A stretch of DNA of 64,000 bases. Source: Thermodesulfobacteriota bacterium (GTDB lineage Bacteria > Desulfobacterota > Desulfobulbia > Desulfobulbales > SURF-16). The translations under genes and the position numbers were made by a program. Under the pieces are notes generated by a model. That model had not been told where the DNA came from, did no database searches, and saw nothing but the letters and a program-made list of their open reading frames with translations. The stretch covers positions 32,001 to 96,000 of the forward strand of contig JBFMAY010000006.1 of NCBI GenBank assembly GCA_040755455.1. Direction: 5' to 3'. This document shows positions 36,564 through 45,427 of this stretch, piece after piece; the stretch's first letter is position 1; every line of letters starts with the position of its first letter.

Positions 36564-39047
36564 TCATTGCAACTGTTGCTCATTTGTTTCGGCCTGGGGC
36601 TTTTGTCCGGCAATGAGCAGCTTTTCAATATCTTCGGCAGGCATCGGTCTATAGAAATAAAATCCCTGAATGCTGTCGCAGCCTTTATCCCGTAAGAACT
36701 CATATTGATCTTGCTGTTCCACCCCTTCCGCCACCACGGAGAGATTCAGGCATTTGGCCAGGGCGATGATCGCCGAACAAATTTCCGCGTCCTTGGGGTC
36801 GGAAGTGATGTTCATCACAAAGCTGCGGTCAATCTTTAACACATCGATGGGAAAACGTTTGAGATAGTTCAGTGACGAATAGCCCGTGCCGAAATCATCG
36901 AGACAGACCTCTACACCCGTCTTTTTGATGTCGTGCAGCATATTGATCGCTTCTTCTTCAGCCTTGAGCAGGATGCTTTCCGTCAGTTCCACCTTGAGGT
37001 ATTTTCTCGGCACCCCGGTTTGGTTTAAAATTGCTGTGATGATGTTATAGATCTCTTTGCTCTGGAACTGAGGACTTGAAAGATTGACGGAAATGGGGAC
37101 AACGGGAACTCCCTGCTGCTGCCAGGCTCTGATCTGTCTGACCGCTGATTTCATTACCCATGAGCCGATCGGCACGATAAGCCCTGACTCCTCGGCCACA
37201 GGAATAAAGTTTTTGGGCGGGATCATTCCTTTTTCAGGATGCAGCCAGCGGACCAGGGCCTCAAGTCCGACAATCTCTCTGGTCCTGGTATCCACCTGCG
37301 GCTGATAGTGCAGGATGAATTCGTTGCGCTCAATGGCCCAGCGTAGTTCTCCTTCCAGAGTCAGCCGTTCCAGCGCTTCCTTATTCATCGAGTTGGAGTA
37401 ATACTGAAAATTATTTTTCCCCCTTTCCTTGGCGTGATACATGGCGATATCGGCATTTTTTATCAGATCTTCCACATTGGTTGAGTCAAAAGGGAAAACG
37501 GTGATGCCGATACTGACGGAAATGAAGATTTCATGGCTGTCGAGTTTGAAGGGTTCGGACAGGGCCAGCAGCTGCCGGCGGGCGACGATGGCCGCGTCAT
37601 TTTGGTCCCGGATATGGCTCAGCAGGACAGTGAATTCATCGCCGCCCAGTCTGGCTATCATGTCCGGGTCATCGTCCATGGCTGAGACGGCGATGAAATC
37701 GGATTTTCTTATCGTTTCCTGCAACCGGCGGGCGACCTGTCTTAACAGGTTGTCGCCGAGATTGTGGCCGAGGGTATCGTTGATGCGTTTGAAATTGTCA
37801 AGATCGATGAACATCAGGGCGCATACTCTGTTGTGACGTCTGGCGTTTTCAACGGACCGATTGAAGAAGTCGAGAAACATAACCCGGTTCGGCAGCCCGG
37901 TGAGAAAATCATGATAGGCCAGGTGGCGGATCTGTTCGTGGGATTGCTGCAGGTTATTGCGCATTTCAATAAAAGAGTGGGCCAGGTCACCGATCTCATC
38001 ATCGGCACTCTGGTCGATAGTGATATCGAGGTTGCCATGACCAAGTTCGGTGGCCGCATTCCTGAGCAGTATGACCGGTTTGACAATGAACTGCTTGCCA
38101 AGATAATAGAGCAGGGCGGCAAAGATGATTATCGCAGAGACTGTGGTAAAGGCAACGGCAAGTCCGAGGCGATAGCTTGATGCATAAAGATGATTTTTTG
38201 GAATTTTGGCCAGCAGCAGGAGAGTATCGTTGACCTGCCTGCTGAGCGCCAGAAATGTGCGCTGCTTGTCACTTATTGCAAATGGGGAATCGGTTTTGCC
38301 GTTGTTGATCGCCTCCTGCAGGATTTTGTCCGGCAGGGGGGAGAGAGTCGGCTCCTTGTCCGAGTGAAAATAGATATTGCCGTTCCTGTCCAGCAGTTGA
38401 AATGTCGTGCCATATTCATCTGCGGCTTCATTGATTTTTTTATCAATAAAATCAAGGTCGATCGTTACGGCCAGATAGCCGCGTAATGTTTTGGGCGAAC
38501 TGACCGGGTTGAGATTGGGATCACGCAGCAGCATTCTCTTGCTGACAAAGAGGGAAATCTTGCCATTGTCCGGATTTCGGCAGATGCGGGTAAAAAGATC
38601 GTTTTGCGCCTGGCGCATGGCTTGAAAAATCTCCGTATTTCCTTCTTCTTCCGTGACATTCGGCTGGTCCGCCAAAACCACCCGGGTGTCTTCATAGCCG
38701 TCCGGCAGCAGGATACGTATCTCATAATAGTTTGGATTTGCCTTCTGATAACTGCTGAAGAGCCGGATAATGGTGGGTTGCAGCAGGGTGTAGCGCACTT
38801 CCTCCTCAGTGGTGAGCAGATAGTTTTCCAGCAGGTTGGAATTGGCAAACAACTCGATGTCCTTTGCCGCGTTATCATAGAGAACCTGGATCTTGCCGCC
38901 GGTACTGTTGAGAAAGGAGCGGGTGTTGCCGACTGCCTTTTCAACCGTAGCCTCCTGCAGCATGGAAAAAGAGATGCCGCCGATGGCCAGGATGAAAATG
39001 ACGACCACCGGCGTGGTGATAAAGATGATTTTTGACTGGAGTCTCAA
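36564..39047 (-). CDS. Membrane-bound Cache-HAMP-GGDEF-EAL protein (MbaA-like)
   Basis: Two TMs, YYEIRILLPDGYED periplasmic motif, HAMP, DFLTGLPNR, RLGGDEF, EALVRW, DDFGTGYSSL; TTG start. Confidence 0.92.
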   Translation of the reverse strand: MRLQSKIIFITTPVVVIFILAIGGISFSMLQEATVEKAVGNTRSFLNSTGGKIQVLYDNAAKDIELFANSNLLENYLLTTEEEVRYTLLQPTIIRLFSSYQKANPNYYEIRILLPDGYEDTRVVLADQPNVTEEEGNTEIFQAMRQAQNDLFTRICRNPDNGKISLFVSKRMLLRDPNLNPVSSPKTLRGYLAVTIDLDFIDKKINEAADEYGTTFQLLDRNGNIYFHSDKEPTLSPLPDKILQEAINNGKTDSPFAISDKQRTFLALSRQVNDTLLLLAKIPKNHLYASSYRLGLAVAFTTVSAIIIFAALLYYLGKQFIVKPVILLRNAATELGHGNLDITIDQSADDEIGDLAHSFIEMRNNLQQSHEQIRHLAYHDFLTGLPNRVMFLDFFNRSVENARRHNRVCALMFIDLDNFKRINDTLGHNLGDNLLRQVARRLQETIRKSDFIAVSAMDDDPDMIARLGGDEFTVLLSHIRDQNDAAIVARRQLLALSEPFKLDSHEIFISVSIGITVFPFDSTNVEDLIKNADIAMYHAKERGKNNFQYYSNSMNKEALERLTLEGELRWAIERNEFILHYQPQVDTRTREIVGLEALVRWLHPEKGMIPPKNFIPVAEESGLIVPIGSWVMKSAVRQIRAWQQQGVPVVPISVNLSSPQFQSKEIYNIITAILNQTGVPRKYLKVELTESILLKAEEEAINMLHDIKKTGVEVCLDDFGTGYSSLNYLKRFPIDVLKIDRSFVMNITSDPKDAEICSAIIALAKCLNLSVVAEGVEQQDQYEFLRDKGCDSIQGFYFYRPMPAEDIEKLLIAGQKPQAETNEQQLQ

Positions 39048-39056
39048 AAAATGGCC

Positions 39057-40139
39057 CTACTGGATGACGAGGTTGAAAATATCGTTATATTTTTTTGCTA
39101 CTCGGGGTGGAAGATCTGTATAGGTTTCGGATTTTTCCAGAATTTCCCGGGTTGGATAGATATTATGATCATCCCTGAATCCCTGGGGCAGGAGTTTTTC
39201 CGCCGCCGTGTTTGTTGTCGCATACGAGGCATACTGGGCCAGTCTTGCCATGATGGCTGGTTCATGAATAAAATTAAGGAACTTGTAGGCCAGCTCTTTT
39301 TTCTTTGAAGAGGCAGGGATCACGAAAAAATCACACCAGAGAGAACAGCCTTCCTTGGGCTGGACGAAGGCAATGGCCGGGTCGCGCTGCTGCAGCACCA
39401 GGGCGTCACCATTGTAAATCATGGCCATGAAGGCATCCCCGCTCAGCATGGACGAATTTTCCCCGAGCGTCACATAGGAATAGGTTTTGACGGAGGGCTT
39501 CTGGGCCAGGAGCAATTGCTTGGCTGCTTCGAGTTCATTGCTGTCCGTTGAGTTGGCGGAATAGCCAAGGGCCTTGAGGGCCATACCCACCAGGTCGCGG
39601 GAGTACTTAATCATAATGATTTTGCCTTGCAACGCCTCCTCGGGTTTGAACAGGTCCAGCCAGCCTGTCACCGGCTTCGTTGTTTTATCCTTTCGATAGG
39701 CGATACCTAAAGTGCCCCATAGAAAGGGGACGCCATACTGTTCCGCATCCGGGAATGAGTTGCGCCACTTGCGACTCACGTACTGCAGGTTCGGAATATG
39801 CTGGTCACTGACGGGCGCCAGCCAGTTATGCTTGGCGTAGGCAGAGATTGACGAGCCGTTGGACAGCACGAGATCATATCCGATGCCATTGGTGTTGAAC
39901 AGGATTTCATTTCTTATTTCATCGGTTTCGTAATAGGTCTCGGTCACGGTAATGCCGAATTTTTTCTCAAACTCGGCAAGAACCTCGGGATCGAAATATT
40001 CGGACCAGTTGAGGAGCTTCAGCTGGTTGTCAACATCCTGACTTGCCAACGCATTGCTGGTGCGGATCAGATAAAAAGACACAACAGACAGCAAAATCAC
40101 CAGCAGTGAAAAACTTTTTTTTAATACGGCCGTGTACAT
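39057..40139 (-). CDS. Spermidine/putrescine-binding periplasmic protein (PotD/NspS-like, orphan)
   Basis: LNWSEYFDP, FEKKFGI, VPFLWGTLGIAY, YNGDA, PKEGCSLWCD; no potABC nearby. Confidence 0.88.
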   Translation of the reverse strand: MYTAVLKKSFSLLVILLSVVSFYLIRTSNALASQDVDNQLKLLNWSEYFDPEVLAEFEKKFGITVTETYYETDEIRNEILFNTNGIGYDLVLSNGSSISAYAKHNWLAPVSDQHIPNLQYVSRKWRNSFPDAEQYGVPFLWGTLGIAYRKDKTTKPVTGWLDLFKPEEALQGKIIMIKYSRDLVGMALKALGYSANSTDSNELEAAKQLLLAQKPSVKTYSYVTLGENSSMLSGDAFMAMIYNGDALVLQQRDPAIAFVQPKEGCSLWCDFFVIPASSKKKELAYKFLNFIHEPAIMARLAQYASYATTNTAAEKLLPQGFRDDHNIYPTREILEKSETYTDLPPRVAKKYNDIFNLVIQ

Positions 40140-40371
40140 GAAATACCCCCAGGGTGATAATCTCTATTCTATAGTGTTTCTTACTAACCTTGTGAGTAAT
40201 TTTTGCAAATTTCAACAAATTTAAGTGGCCTCAAACAGTGAAAGTCGACACGTAAAAACGTTTTACGGTATGTTTTTTGTGAGGCCTGCAGTTAAAAAGA
40301 GAAAATAGTGCAAAAAAAAGAAAATAATTATAGATAGATGCTTGTAAAATCCTGGAAAAAATATTAATGTA

Positions 40372-40390
40372 ATTAGTAATTATTTCTATC
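40372..40390 (+). promoter_or_regulatory. PerR/Fur-family operator (autoregulatory)
   Basis: ATTAGTAATTATTTCTATC imperfect palindrome just upstream of the perR RBS; resembles the deltaproteobacterial PerR box as I recall it. Confidence 0.6.
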
Positions 40391-40408
40391 AAATAGAAGG
40401 AGGCTGAA

Positions 40409-40819
40409 ATGGAGACGACAAACAAGCTGCGCATGACCAAGCAGCGGCAGGTAATTCTGGAGGAGTTACGAAAGGTTAAGACCCATCCCACCGCTGATGA
40501 CATGTACCAGATGCTGCGAAAGAAGATGCCGAAAATCAGTTTGGGGACTGTCTACAGAAATTTGGAAATCCTATCAGAATCTGGTATTATTCAAAAACTG
40601 GATGTTGGTGGAACCCAGAAAAGGTTTGATGGAGACATCAGCATTCATTCTCATGTCCGTTGTGTTAACTGCGGACGGGTTGGCGATATCGATGTGAGGC
40701 CGAAATATAATCTCGAGGCAGAGGCGCAGAAAATGACGGATTTTGAAATTTTCCGGCACCGGCTCGAGTTTACCGGTCTTTGCCCGATATGCCAGCAGAA
40801 GAAAAAAGCAGTGGCGTAA
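40409..40819 (+). CDS. perR: Fur-family peroxide regulator PerR
   Basis: RMTKQR, HPTADD, SLGTVYRNL, HSHVRCVNC and CPIC; leads an oxidative-stress operon. Confidence 0.75.
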   Translation: METTNKLRMTKQRQVILEELRKVKTHPTADDMYQMLRKKMPKISLGTVYRNLEILSESGIIQKLDVGGTQKRFDGDISIHSHVRCVNCGRVGDIDVRPKYNLEAEAQKMTDFEIFRHRLEFTGLCPICQQKKKAVA

Positions 40820-40888
40820 GCGTTAGTGGGTGTGGGCTGCGCGCCGCTCGTTTCAGCGAAATTGCTGCCAACTGAAAAGGAGAAGAGG

Positions 40889-41263
40889 ATGACAAAACAG
40901 CTTGAAGTCTACAAATGTGAACTGTGCGGGAACATTGTTGAAGTTCTCCATACTGGAGCGGGTGAGCTGGTCTGCTGTGGACAGCCTATGAAGCTTTTTG
41001 TTGAAAATACGGTTGACGCTGCCAAGGAAAAACATGTGCCCGTTATCGAAAAAATTGATGGGGGATACAAGGTGAAACTGGGATCTGTGCCTCATCCCAT
41101 GGAAGAAAAGCATTATATTGAATGGATTGAGCTGGTTGCCGGCAGCAAGGTGCAGCGTCAGTTTCTGAAGCCAGGGGATGCTCCGGAAGCTGCTTTTCAA
41201 ACGACGGCGAAAGATGTCTCGGCGCGGGCCTACTGTAACCTGCATGGACTGTGGAGGAGCTAG
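40889..41263 (+). CDS. dfx: Desulfoferrodoxin (superoxide reductase)
   Basis: [41 protein letters not shown]. Confidence 0.97.
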   Translation: MTKQLEVYKCELCGNIVEVLHTGAGELVCCGQPMKLFVENTVDAAKEKHVPVIEKIDGGYKVKLGSVPHPMEEKHYIEWIELVAGSKVQRQFLKPGDAPEAAFQTTAKDVSARAYCNLHGLWRS

Positions 41264-41266
41264 CCG

Positions 41267-41773
41267 ATGCTGAGTAAAAACATGGAAAAAGCTCTCAATG
41301 AGCAGGTTAACTGGGAACTTTATTCTTCTTATTTCTATCTGTCCATGAGTTCCTATTTCGCATCAACCAGCCTGGCCGGCTGCGCCAACTGGATGAGGGT
41401 CCAGGCCCAGGAAGAACTCTTTCATGCCATAAAAATTTATGATTATATCAATGAGCGCGGCGGCAGGGCTGTTCTGGCGGCCATTGCCAAGCCTCCAGCC
41501 GAGTGGAAGGCGCCCCTGCATGTTTTTGAGGAGGTATTGTCCCATGAGCAGAAGGTGACCGCCCTGATCAATGGTCTGGTCAATCTGGCGGTTGATGAGC
41601 GGGACCATGCTACCAACAATTTTTTACAGTGGTTCGTCTCCGAGCAGGTTGAGGAAGAGGCCTCGGCCAGTTCGGTGCTGGAGAAGTTCAAGCTGATCGG
41701 CAAGGACAAAAGCGGACTCTTTGCCATTGATCTGGAACTGGCTAAGAGGGTGTTCACCCCGCCGGCCCAGTAG
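41267..41773 (+). CDS. ftnA: Non-heme ferritin
   Basis: [34 protein letters not shown]. Confidence 0.95.
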   Translation: MLSKNMEKALNEQVNWELYSSYFYLSMSSYFASTSLAGCANWMRVQAQEELFHAIKIYDYINERGGRAVLAAIAKPPAEWKAPLHVFEEVLSHEQKVTALINGLVNLAVDERDHATNNFLQWFVSEQVEEEASASSVLEKFKLIGKDKSGLFAIDLELAKRVFTPPAQ

Positions 41774-41800
41774 TTACTGTAAAAAAAAGTAAAAAACGGC

Positions 41801-41836
41801 AGCCACCGTGACAAGAATGTCATGGTGGCTTTTTTT
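41801..41836 (+). terminator. Terminator after ferritin
   Basis: AGCCACCGTGACA-AGAA-TGTCATGGTGGCT followed by a T-run. Confidence 0.8.
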
Positions 41837-41934
41837 ATGGCGCAAGATTTTTTTGAAATTGCCAATGTAATTATTAGATGGTAAGTGTTTTGTATTATTT
41901 AACAAGATAAATGATGCGATACAGGAGGAAGAGC

Positions 41935-43125
41935 ATGGGTGCAGTGGAGATAAAGGAAAAGATTCATTGGGTAGGCGCAGTGGACTGGAATATCCGCGAT
42001 TTCCATGGGTATTCGACCTACAAGGGGACGACCTATAACGCTTTTCTGGCAATGGACGAGAAGATTGCCCTATTTGATACGGTGAAAAAGCCCTTTAAAA
42101 ATGAAATGCTGCATCGTATCAATCAGCTGACCGATCCTGCTAAAATTGATTATATAATCGTCAACCATGTAGAGATGGACCACTCTGGCTGTCTGCCGGA
42201 AATGGTTGAGCTGATCAAGCCGGAGAAGATTTTTTGTTCACCCATGGGGGAGAAGGCGATTCAGAGTCATTTCCATCCCAAGGACTGGCCCCTTGAAGTG
42301 GTGAAATCCGGCGATACCCTCAAGTTGGGCAAGAAGACGGTTCATTTCTTGGAAACCCGCATGCTGCACTGGCCTGACAGTATGTTCTCCTATATCCCCG
42401 AGGACAAGCTCCTGATCTCCAGCGACGCCTTCGGCCAGCACTGGTCCACCTCCGAACGCTTTAATGACGAGGTGAGCGAGGGCGAACTGATGAGCCATGC
42501 GGCCAAATATTATGCCAATATCCTGATGATTTTTTCGCCCAATGTGCAGAAATTGCTGCAGACGGTGCAGGAAATGAAGCTTGACATCGATATGATCGCC
42601 CCGGATCATGGGCTGATCTGGCGTAAAAATCCCCAGCAGATCATCGATGCCTATGCCAGCTGGAGCAATTACGAGGCCAAGGAAAAGGCGGTGGTGGTCT
42701 ATGACACCATGTGGCACAGCACGGAAAAAATGGCCAGGGCCATTTACCAGGGCCTGGTGCGGGAAGGTATCAGTGTCAAGATGATGGACCTGAAGGTGAA
42801 CCACCGCAGTGATATCATCACTGAAATTCTTGACGCCAAGGCGATGCTGTTCGGCTCTCCCACCTTGAATAATGGCATGCTGCCCACCATGGCCGATGTG
42901 CTGACCTATCTCAAGGGGCTGCGGCCGAAACGCAAAATCGGTGCGGCCTTTGGTTCATTCGGCTGGTCCGGTGAGGCGGTAAAGCATATCAACGGCTTCC
43001 TGGAGGAAATGGGGGTTGAGCTTGTTGACCCCGGCATCAAGGTGAAAAACGTTCCCACCCATGAGGATTTTCAGACATGCTTTGATCTGGGCGTCAAGGT
43101 GGGGCAGGCGGTAAAAGCCAAGTAA
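41935..43125 (+). CDS. roo: Flavodiiron protein (rubredoxin:oxygen oxidoreductase, FprA family)
   Basis: RDFHGY..GTTYNA, HVEMDHSG, HWPDSM, DAFGQH, APDHG, flavodoxin domain GSFGWSG. Confidence 0.93.
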   Translation: MGAVEIKEKIHWVGAVDWNIRDFHGYSTYKGTTYNAFLAMDEKIALFDTVKKPFKNEMLHRINQLTDPAKIDYIIVNHVEMDHSGCLPEMVELIKPEKIFCSPMGEKAIQSHFHPKDWPLEVVKSGDTLKLGKKTVHFLETRMLHWPDSMFSYIPEDKLLISSDAFGQHWSTSERFNDEVSEGELMSHAAKYYANILMIFSPNVQKLLQTVQEMKLDIDMIAPDHGLIWRKNPQQIIDAYASWSNYEAKEKAVVVYDTMWHSTEKMARAIYQGLVREGISVKMMDLKVNHRSDIITEILDAKAMLFGSPTLNNGMLPTMADVLTYLKGLRPKRKIGAAFGSFGWSGEAVKHINGFLEEMGVELVDPGIKVKNVPTHEDFQTCFDLGVKVGQAVKAK

Positions 43126-43174
43126 GCCGGGAGGAGCATTCCGGGTTTTCCCGCTGACAGATAAAGAATTTTCT

Positions 43175-43858
43175 TTGAAAGAACGGGCCATAAAGAAAAA
43201 GCTGCTGCCGCTGCTGCGGGGTGATGATCTTGATCATATCCTCGCCGAGGTGCGGCTTATGCCACCCCATCGTGTCATTTCCTCGCTGATGTCCGGGTTG
43301 TACCACGCGGATGAACAGGTCAAATGGCATACGGTGACCGTCTTCGGTCAGGTCATGGATGGCATCGCCCGGACCGACATGGAGGCGGCCCGGGTGATCA
43401 TGCGGCGCATACTCTGGAATCTCAACGAGGAATCAGGCGGCATTGGCTGGGGTATGCCGGAGGCCATGGGGGAAATCATGGCGGTTAACCGGCAACTGGC
43501 CGAAGAGTATGCCCATATGCTCGTCTCCTACATGCGCGAGGAGAATTTCCTGGAACTGCCGGCCCTGCAGCACGGTCTACTGTGGGGGGTCGGCCGGCTG
43601 GCCATGGTGCGGCCGGAGCTGCTCCTGAAAAACGATGCGGACGGCTATATGGCCCTCTTTCTTGAATCCCCGGATGAGGTTGTTTTAGGGCTGGCCAGCC
43701 GCAATTTCGGTATTCTGCGGATCAAAGAGGCGGCCTATCATATCCGCGGCTTTGTCGATATCGGGCAGCCGGTCAGGCTCTATGAGGATCGCCGCATTGT
43801 TGCAACCACGGTGGGCGCGCTGGCCAGGCAGGCGCTGGCCCGCATCGGCGAGGGGTAA
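43175..43858 (+). CDS. HEAT-repeat protein (DVU0298-like)
   Basis: RRILWNLNEESGGIGWGMPEAMGEI motif. Confidence 0.75.
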   Translation: MKERAIKKKLLPLLRGDDLDHILAEVRLMPPHRVISSLMSGLYHADEQVKWHTVTVFGQVMDGIARTDMEAARVIMRRILWNLNEESGGIGWGMPEAMGEIMAVNRQLAEEYAHMLVSYMREENFLELPALQHGLLWGVGRLAMVRPELLLKNDADGYMALFLESPDEVVLGLASRNFGILRIKEAAYHIRGFVDIGQPVRLYEDRRIVATTVGALARQALARIGEG

Positions 43859-43885
43859 CGCTTGCCCGCTCTGTCCGCCGTATGG

Positions 43886-44623
43886 TCAAGAGAGAATCTC
43901 CCCCCTGGCGCTGATGACAAACTCCTGCTGCTTGATGTCCTTGCCGGCCCGTTGCAGTGCTTCGCTGATGATGGAACGCATGCTGGCGCAGCAGGGAACC
44001 TCCATGATGACCGAGGTGATGCTTTTGATGGCCCGGGTACTGAAAATTTCCGTGAATTTTGCAATATAACTTTCCCGGTCATCAAATTTGGGACAACCCA
44101 TCATCACCACTCTGCCCTGGATGAAATCCTGATGAAAATCAGGGTAGGCAATGGGTGCACAGTCGGCGACAATGAGCAGATCACTTTTTTCGAGAAACGG
44201 CGCGGTGGCCGGGACAAGTCGGATCTGCACCGGCCAGTGGCAAAGGGCGGAGGCGGACGTGCCGCTCATGGCCCGCGGCTGATTAGCAGCCTGGCATGGG
44301 GTCTGGGCCTGGAAACTCTGCAGCTTGCCTGATGGGCAGCCGCAAGGGATTGCTGCAGCCGTCTTGTTTTGTTCCTCTTTTATCTTAAGAAATTCCTCCA
44401 CCGCCTTTTCATCGAAATCATCCGCGTCCCGTTCAATGATCTTCAGGGCGCCGGTGGGGCATTCCCCCAGACAGGCGCCAAGGCCGTCACAAAATTTTTC
44501 GGCCACCAGCCTGGCCTTGCCGTCAATAATCTGCAGGGCCGCTTCGGCGCAGCCGGTGACGCACTGGCCGCAGCCGTTACAGAGTTCGTCGTCTATTTCA
44601 ATGATTTTGCGTTTTATTTTCAT
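43886..44623 (-). CDS. 4Fe-4S ferredoxin-domain protein (hcp-associated)
   Basis: CNGCGQCVTGC, CDGLGACLGECP, GCP, WPVQI, CPKFD, MEVPCC. Confidence 0.88.
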   Translation of the reverse strand: MKIKRKIIEIDDELCNGCGQCVTGCAEAALQIIDGKARLVAEKFCDGLGACLGECPTGALKIIERDADDFDEKAVEEFLKIKEEQNKTAAAIPCGCPSGKLQSFQAQTPCQAANQPRAMSGTSASALCHWPVQIRLVPATAPFLEKSDLLIVADCAPIAYPDFHQDFIQGRVVMMGCPKFDDRESYIAKFTEIFSTRAIKSITSVIMEVPCCASMRSIISEALQRAGKDIKQQEFVISARGEILS

Positions 44624-44627
44624 AATG

Positions 44628-45368
44628 TCAACTCGTTTTATTTTTTAAAAGTACCTCAGCGGCGACCCGCCGGCCCGTTTCCGTGAGAAAGGATTTCTCG
44701 ACGATCTTTTGCAGGTGATCCGGCGGCGAAGGAGATTCCTTCTGCGCCTCATCAAGATTGGTGATGAGGTCGGCGTCGTACAGCACCTTGAAGTTGGTTG
44801 TTTCCTCCTGGCGCGGGTGATGGTGGTGGCCGATAATGTCGCAGACCTCGGCAATCAACGTCTCATCCGCCTGGAGACGGGTCAGGATCTCCCTGGCCAC
44901 CGGCGGCCCTTCCTGGTGCTGATACCTGGCGGAACTGCTGTTGAATTTTCTTTCCGCCTCCTTGATGCCGATATCGTGCAAATAGGCGCAGATGAGGACC
45001 ACGGCCGGGTCTCCCTGTTCGGTGCGGTTGATCTCTTCCGCATAGTGGGCGACCTTGCTGGCATGGCCGATGCGTTTGAAATCAGTGCCGAAATAACGCT
45101 TCATCTCCACCGCCACCCGGTCTTTCAAGGACTGGGCGGCCGTGGTCTTCAGTGCGTCGGGTAAGGCGCCGAGACATTGAGCGGCGTGGGGACAATAGGC
45201 GGCGCAGCCGAAATCGATGCGCGGGTTCAGCATACGGTGCCCGCACGATCTGCATGTTCTGCTGGCATCATCCTTAAAAAACTCGAGAGGATGCTGGCAT
45301 TTGGGGCATTTCACCTCAAAGATCGCCGCGCTTTCCCAGTAACGGCTGTCCTGTCCGGGGCATTGCAT
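44628..45368 (-). CDS. HD-domain phosphohydrolase with Cys-rich N-terminal domain
   Basis: CPGQD..CPKC..CRSC..GCAAYCPHAAQC; RIGH, YLHDIG, HHH, DAD. Confidence 0.85.
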   Translation of the reverse strand: MQCPGQDSRYWESAAIFEVKCPKCQHPLEFFKDDASRTCRSCGHRMLNPRIDFGCAAYCPHAAQCLGALPDALKTTAAQSLKDRVAVEMKRYFGTDFKRIGHASKVAHYAEEINRTEQGDPAVVLICAYLHDIGIKEAERKFNSSSARYQHQEGPPVAREILTRLQADETLIAEVCDIIGHHHHPRQEETTNFKVLYDADLITNLDEAQKESPSPPDHLQKIVEKSFLTETGRRVAAEVLLKNKTS

Positions 45369-45389
45369 ACCTTGCTCCTTTGTAAAATA

Positions 45390-45415
45390 AAGGGGAAGGA
45401 AGCATCCTTCCCCTT
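45390..45415 (-). terminator. Hairpin/terminator after hcp
   Basis: AAGGGGAAGGA-4 nt-TCCTTCCCCTT followed on the minus strand by TATTTT. Confidence 0.6.
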
Positions 45416-45427
45416 GCGCGATAAAAC

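Noticed and set aside
5215..40200. Genomic island integrated at tRNA-Glu
   Set aside because: The accessory block starts right after the tRNA, but I found no integrase and no duplicated tRNA 3' end; GGGGACGC at ~29251 is part of the riboswitch core.
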